From Euglena gracilis (lineage: Eukaryota), in the NCBI GenBank assembly GCA_039621445.1, contig CP154954.1, positions 33,333,455 to 33,397,454 of the forward strand: a stretch of DNA of 64,000 nucleotides, written 5' to 3'. Below the pieces are notes generated by a model, which saw nothing but the letters and a program-made list of their open reading frames with translations, was not told the origin of the DNA and made no database searches. Made by a program: the position numbers and the translations under genes. Positions 60,699 to 64,000 of this stretch are shown piece by piece; within the stretch, counting starts at the first letter, position 1; every line of letters starts with the position of its first letter.

Positions 60699-63600
60699 CC
60701 AGTGCGGCGCAGCGGGCGACCACCGGTGCGTTGTTCTGCCGTTCTCCCCTTTCTCTTCTTTGTTGCACTCCTTCTGCTCTTTGGCCATTCTTCAAAGTCT
60801 CCATCCGCAATGGCTCTGAGTGACTTTCCCACTGCAAATATGGAGCAACTGGGTGTTCCAAGTTCTCAACAAGCATTTGTGAGCAGATGGAACTGCGCTT
60901 TACGTGACATAAGCGTAGCACTTCATTTTGTTGTCCGCCGTAATGTGAAATTGTGCTTTTGCTTTGCTGTTTGGATGGTTTGATTCTGAAGCAGAACGGT
61001 TTGGTTCCTGGCTGGTGGGCAGGAGGTTGGCGACATAATTCTGTGCTCTCAGCATCGGGAAGTCTTTGTGCTGTTTTTTTTTTTGGTCCTGAGTACCCTC
61101 AGGATTGTCTTCTGACCAAAAGTCCAAGGGGTGACCTGAAGTCGATCCGGGATCTGACGGGGCAACGTCCTTTTGAGCCTGAGATGGATTGTCGATGCGT
61201 CGACGAAGTGAGAGGCATTTCATTTCACCCGTTGTCGATATACCTCGCTGGGATAGCTCCTTTACTTTCTTTTTCACTGTGGAGGTTTTAGGGACATGGT
61301 TCCATCAATGGGGAGGGGCAGGGGCGAGGTTCCCGGCCCTCTTGCACCGCCATCAAGCCAGGACAGTTCCCCATTCAGAATCCGAATGTGGATTGCTCAC
61401 GTGGAACGTAGCCCGAGTGTCCCTGGCACATGGCCACCGCACTTCCCCCGCGGTGCTCTCAGAGATTCAGTAACTCTGGAACCCCTGGAAACCGCCCCCC
61501 TAATAAGTGCACGGGTGCGCACATTCAAGGCGTAGTTTCGGGCCCCAAGCGGTGCGCACTTATTAGGGCAAAGCCGAAAATACTGACTATTCCCCCACTC
61601 TTTTCAATTTTCCATCTATTTTGTGATGTCAAGCAATGAATCAAGCGATTATGATGACAGAAGTATTTGGTCTGAGAAGGACAGTTCTGAGGGTTTTGTG
61701 TACCTTTCGGACCTGAGATGTGACAGTGATTTCTCCTTGGGGGGGTGCACATTTTTTAGGGAGGTAGTTTCAGACCCTGGGGGGTGCGCACTTATTAGGG
61801 CACTGCGCACTTATTAGGGGGGTTTTACTGGCCGGCGGGTCCCCTTCATTCCTCTGTGATGCAGTTAAATTTTCGAAACGGGCTTTTTTGGAGGTTTTCT
61901 GAGCTTTTTCGCGGTCTTGCTGAAATTGGCCCAAATAGGGGGGGGGCAAGGATGGTCCAATGGATGGATCAATTAATTTCGATTGACCGTCACCAAATCA
62001 TTTTTTTCAAAAAATCAAATGCCACGTCCTTTGCCGTGTGTCTGGCGCACTCCCTTCAACCTGGTGCCACGATGAGGTGATGCGACAGGACAGGGATCCC
62101 ACGCCACATTTTGGTACCCATTTGGCCATTTCCGGGTCAAAAAAATCGAAAATTTCAAAATATCTCCAAAAGGAAATTATTGGGCAAAAATGATAAAATA
62201 ATAAAATAAGCCCCAGGGACCCTGTCAGACGCACTCAGGGCCGCTGCTCCCCCCCCCTCCCCCCCCCCCCCGCAGCCCCAACCCAGACGCCCCGGACCGC
62301 CACCCCGCGGACGCTGCCCGGGGACGGCGCCGCGCTGCGCACGCCGCGGCCGGACGCCGCGGCCGCCAGCCCCCGTGTGTTGCGGACCATCCAGCCCGCC
62401 GCCTCCCCCGCCGCCGCGACGGACGCGTCCAAGTACTTCCACTCCAAGCCAACCCCCGCAGGTGTTTGGCGCGTGCTCTGTTGGCTGCAGGTGCTTTTGT
62501 CGGGGGGTTGTTCAAGGACATGCTCCCCGCATGGTTTCTCATCACAGAAAAGGAAAGTTTGAAAAGCGATCTCCAAAAAATTTTTCTATCGTTTCCATGA
62601 GACCAAACTTTTCGGCAGCAACCTGGATGCTAGTTTCAGACGTTGCATTCAAGCTCAAATTTCACTGGGAAAAATGCTTGACTTTTCTCAGGTTTTCTGG
62701 CAAAAAATTGCAATCCAAACTTCAAGGACTTTCGAAGCATCGGTTCCATTTTTTTCTTGTGCATACAATTTTGGGTGGTTTAGTTGGTCAAATGTGTTAC
62801 AGACTTGTGACTGTGCTCTTGTTCCTGTCCACTCCTTCGCAAACAACTACTTTTTGTTGTTCCCACCTTTTTTTGCTTGCTGTCCTCTGTTGCCTTCAAA
62901 GCACCCCCCCCCCCTTTTCCCCCAGTGGGGATCGGTATTGAACTAAATGTGTGTCAACTGTGTTAGGGGAAATTCCTTGATCCCTCACTCCACAGGTTTA
63001 TTTGCAATTTTGCTTTGCACTTGTTGTTGCGTGTTTTTTTGCTGGCAATTTTTCTAATTCTATGATTAGCTTCAGAAAAATTCCACATTTTGGACCAAAT
63101 TTTTATTTTGCCCTGACCTTTTAAATCAGGTGTTGTTGTATTGTTTTTGACAGCACTCTCTTTTAGAGGCGACATGCTCCCAAGTGATAAAAAAATCAAG
63201 GCTTTCAACACTTTTGTTACGCCTGACTTACCCTCAAAATGCATTGAGTCCAACTTGAGTTTTGCATTTTTGCCAAGCTCGTTCTTCCAAGGTCCACATT
63301 CTGCCCCCCGGCCTGCACAAAGAAAATGACCCGGAAAAAGAGCCCTCCGAGCTGTCTGTTTGTCCTGGGGGGTGATCCGAGGGTTTTTTTGCAGGGCCCC
63401 ACGGAGTGGCCTGTTTTGCATCGGGTGCTGAGGAGCCATATGGCAGGGTTTGGGTTCCAACCATGCCGCCCCGCTTCGCAATTGGTGTGCCCGCAATTTG
63501 GCGGCCGTCAGCCTGCTGCAAGGGCTGGAGTTTTTTTTCCCTTTCGCTGCAGGACGCCACAGGGCTGGGGCTGGCCAAAGGCCAGTCCAGGGCTCAAATG

Positions 63601-64000
63601 GGTCGAGATCAAAATGGCAGACCACCGCGTTTTTTTTGCCGGTTTTGGGCAATGGGCCAACATCTCTGCTCACTTTCCTCGGCCATCCTGTTGACTGTCC
63701 CGGGGCAGCAGCAGAGCTTTTCGACAAGGGCCCTGTAGGGTTGCCCCCCCCCCCCCCGAGGAGCAGCGTGCCGCCCGGCCTCAGGAGGGCCGCCGCCGGC
63801 GGGGGACATGCCGCGTGCCCAGTCGATGCCCGCCCTCGCCTCCCCCCGGCCGGCGGTGCTGTACCGCCCGGAGGAGGGCCCGGCCGCTGCCGCGCAGTGC
63901 GCCCCCCGCCCCTTGTCGAGCCGGGGGCAGCAGCCCGCTTCAGGCGTTGCCGTGCCGTGTAAAGTGTTCATGGCTTTGCTTTTGAAAGTGGGTCACTGTG
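60699..64000 (+). repeat. Segmental duplication, copy 2 (runs off the window); carries copies of the putative tail exons
   Basis: Matches 45538-48660, with about 240 extra bp at about 61027-61260. Confidence 0.95.

Noticed and set aside
1-64000. rRNA, tRNA or spliced-leader RNA genes
   Set aside because: None recognised by eye; a covariance-model search would be needed to exclude them.

Overview
Repeat-rich eukaryotic nuclear DNA, most likely a euglenid such as Euglena. This is inferred from intron style and composition, not from a marker gene. The prokaryote-style ORF track is mostly spurious because the real genes are split into small GC-rich exons. Two multi-exon + strand genes can be rebuilt by hand: a ribonuclease-inhibitor-type LRR gene (about 15.1-31.8 kb, possibly starting with an F-box-like exon at 8.37 kb) and a divergent kinesin (35.4 kb, possibly to 51.2 kb). 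The LRR gene is interrupted almost only by non-GT-AG introns of the form NNN-CAG...CTG-NNNNN with complementary ends. Main observation: the youngest of these introns are intact hAT-like MITEs with CAG...CTG inverted termini and 8-bp target-site duplications. The 3+5 nt splice geometry removes exactly the element plus one TSD copy. Free-standing elements of the same type and a candidate hAT transposase relic lie in the same window. The rest comprises TA-flanked Tc1/mariner-like MITEs, foldback elements, a CRE-like LINE fragment, a decayed DIRS-type retrotransposon with a complex terminal repeat block, and a >3 kb segmental duplication of kinesin-tail exons. All splice junctions are inferred from frame restoration, without transcript data.
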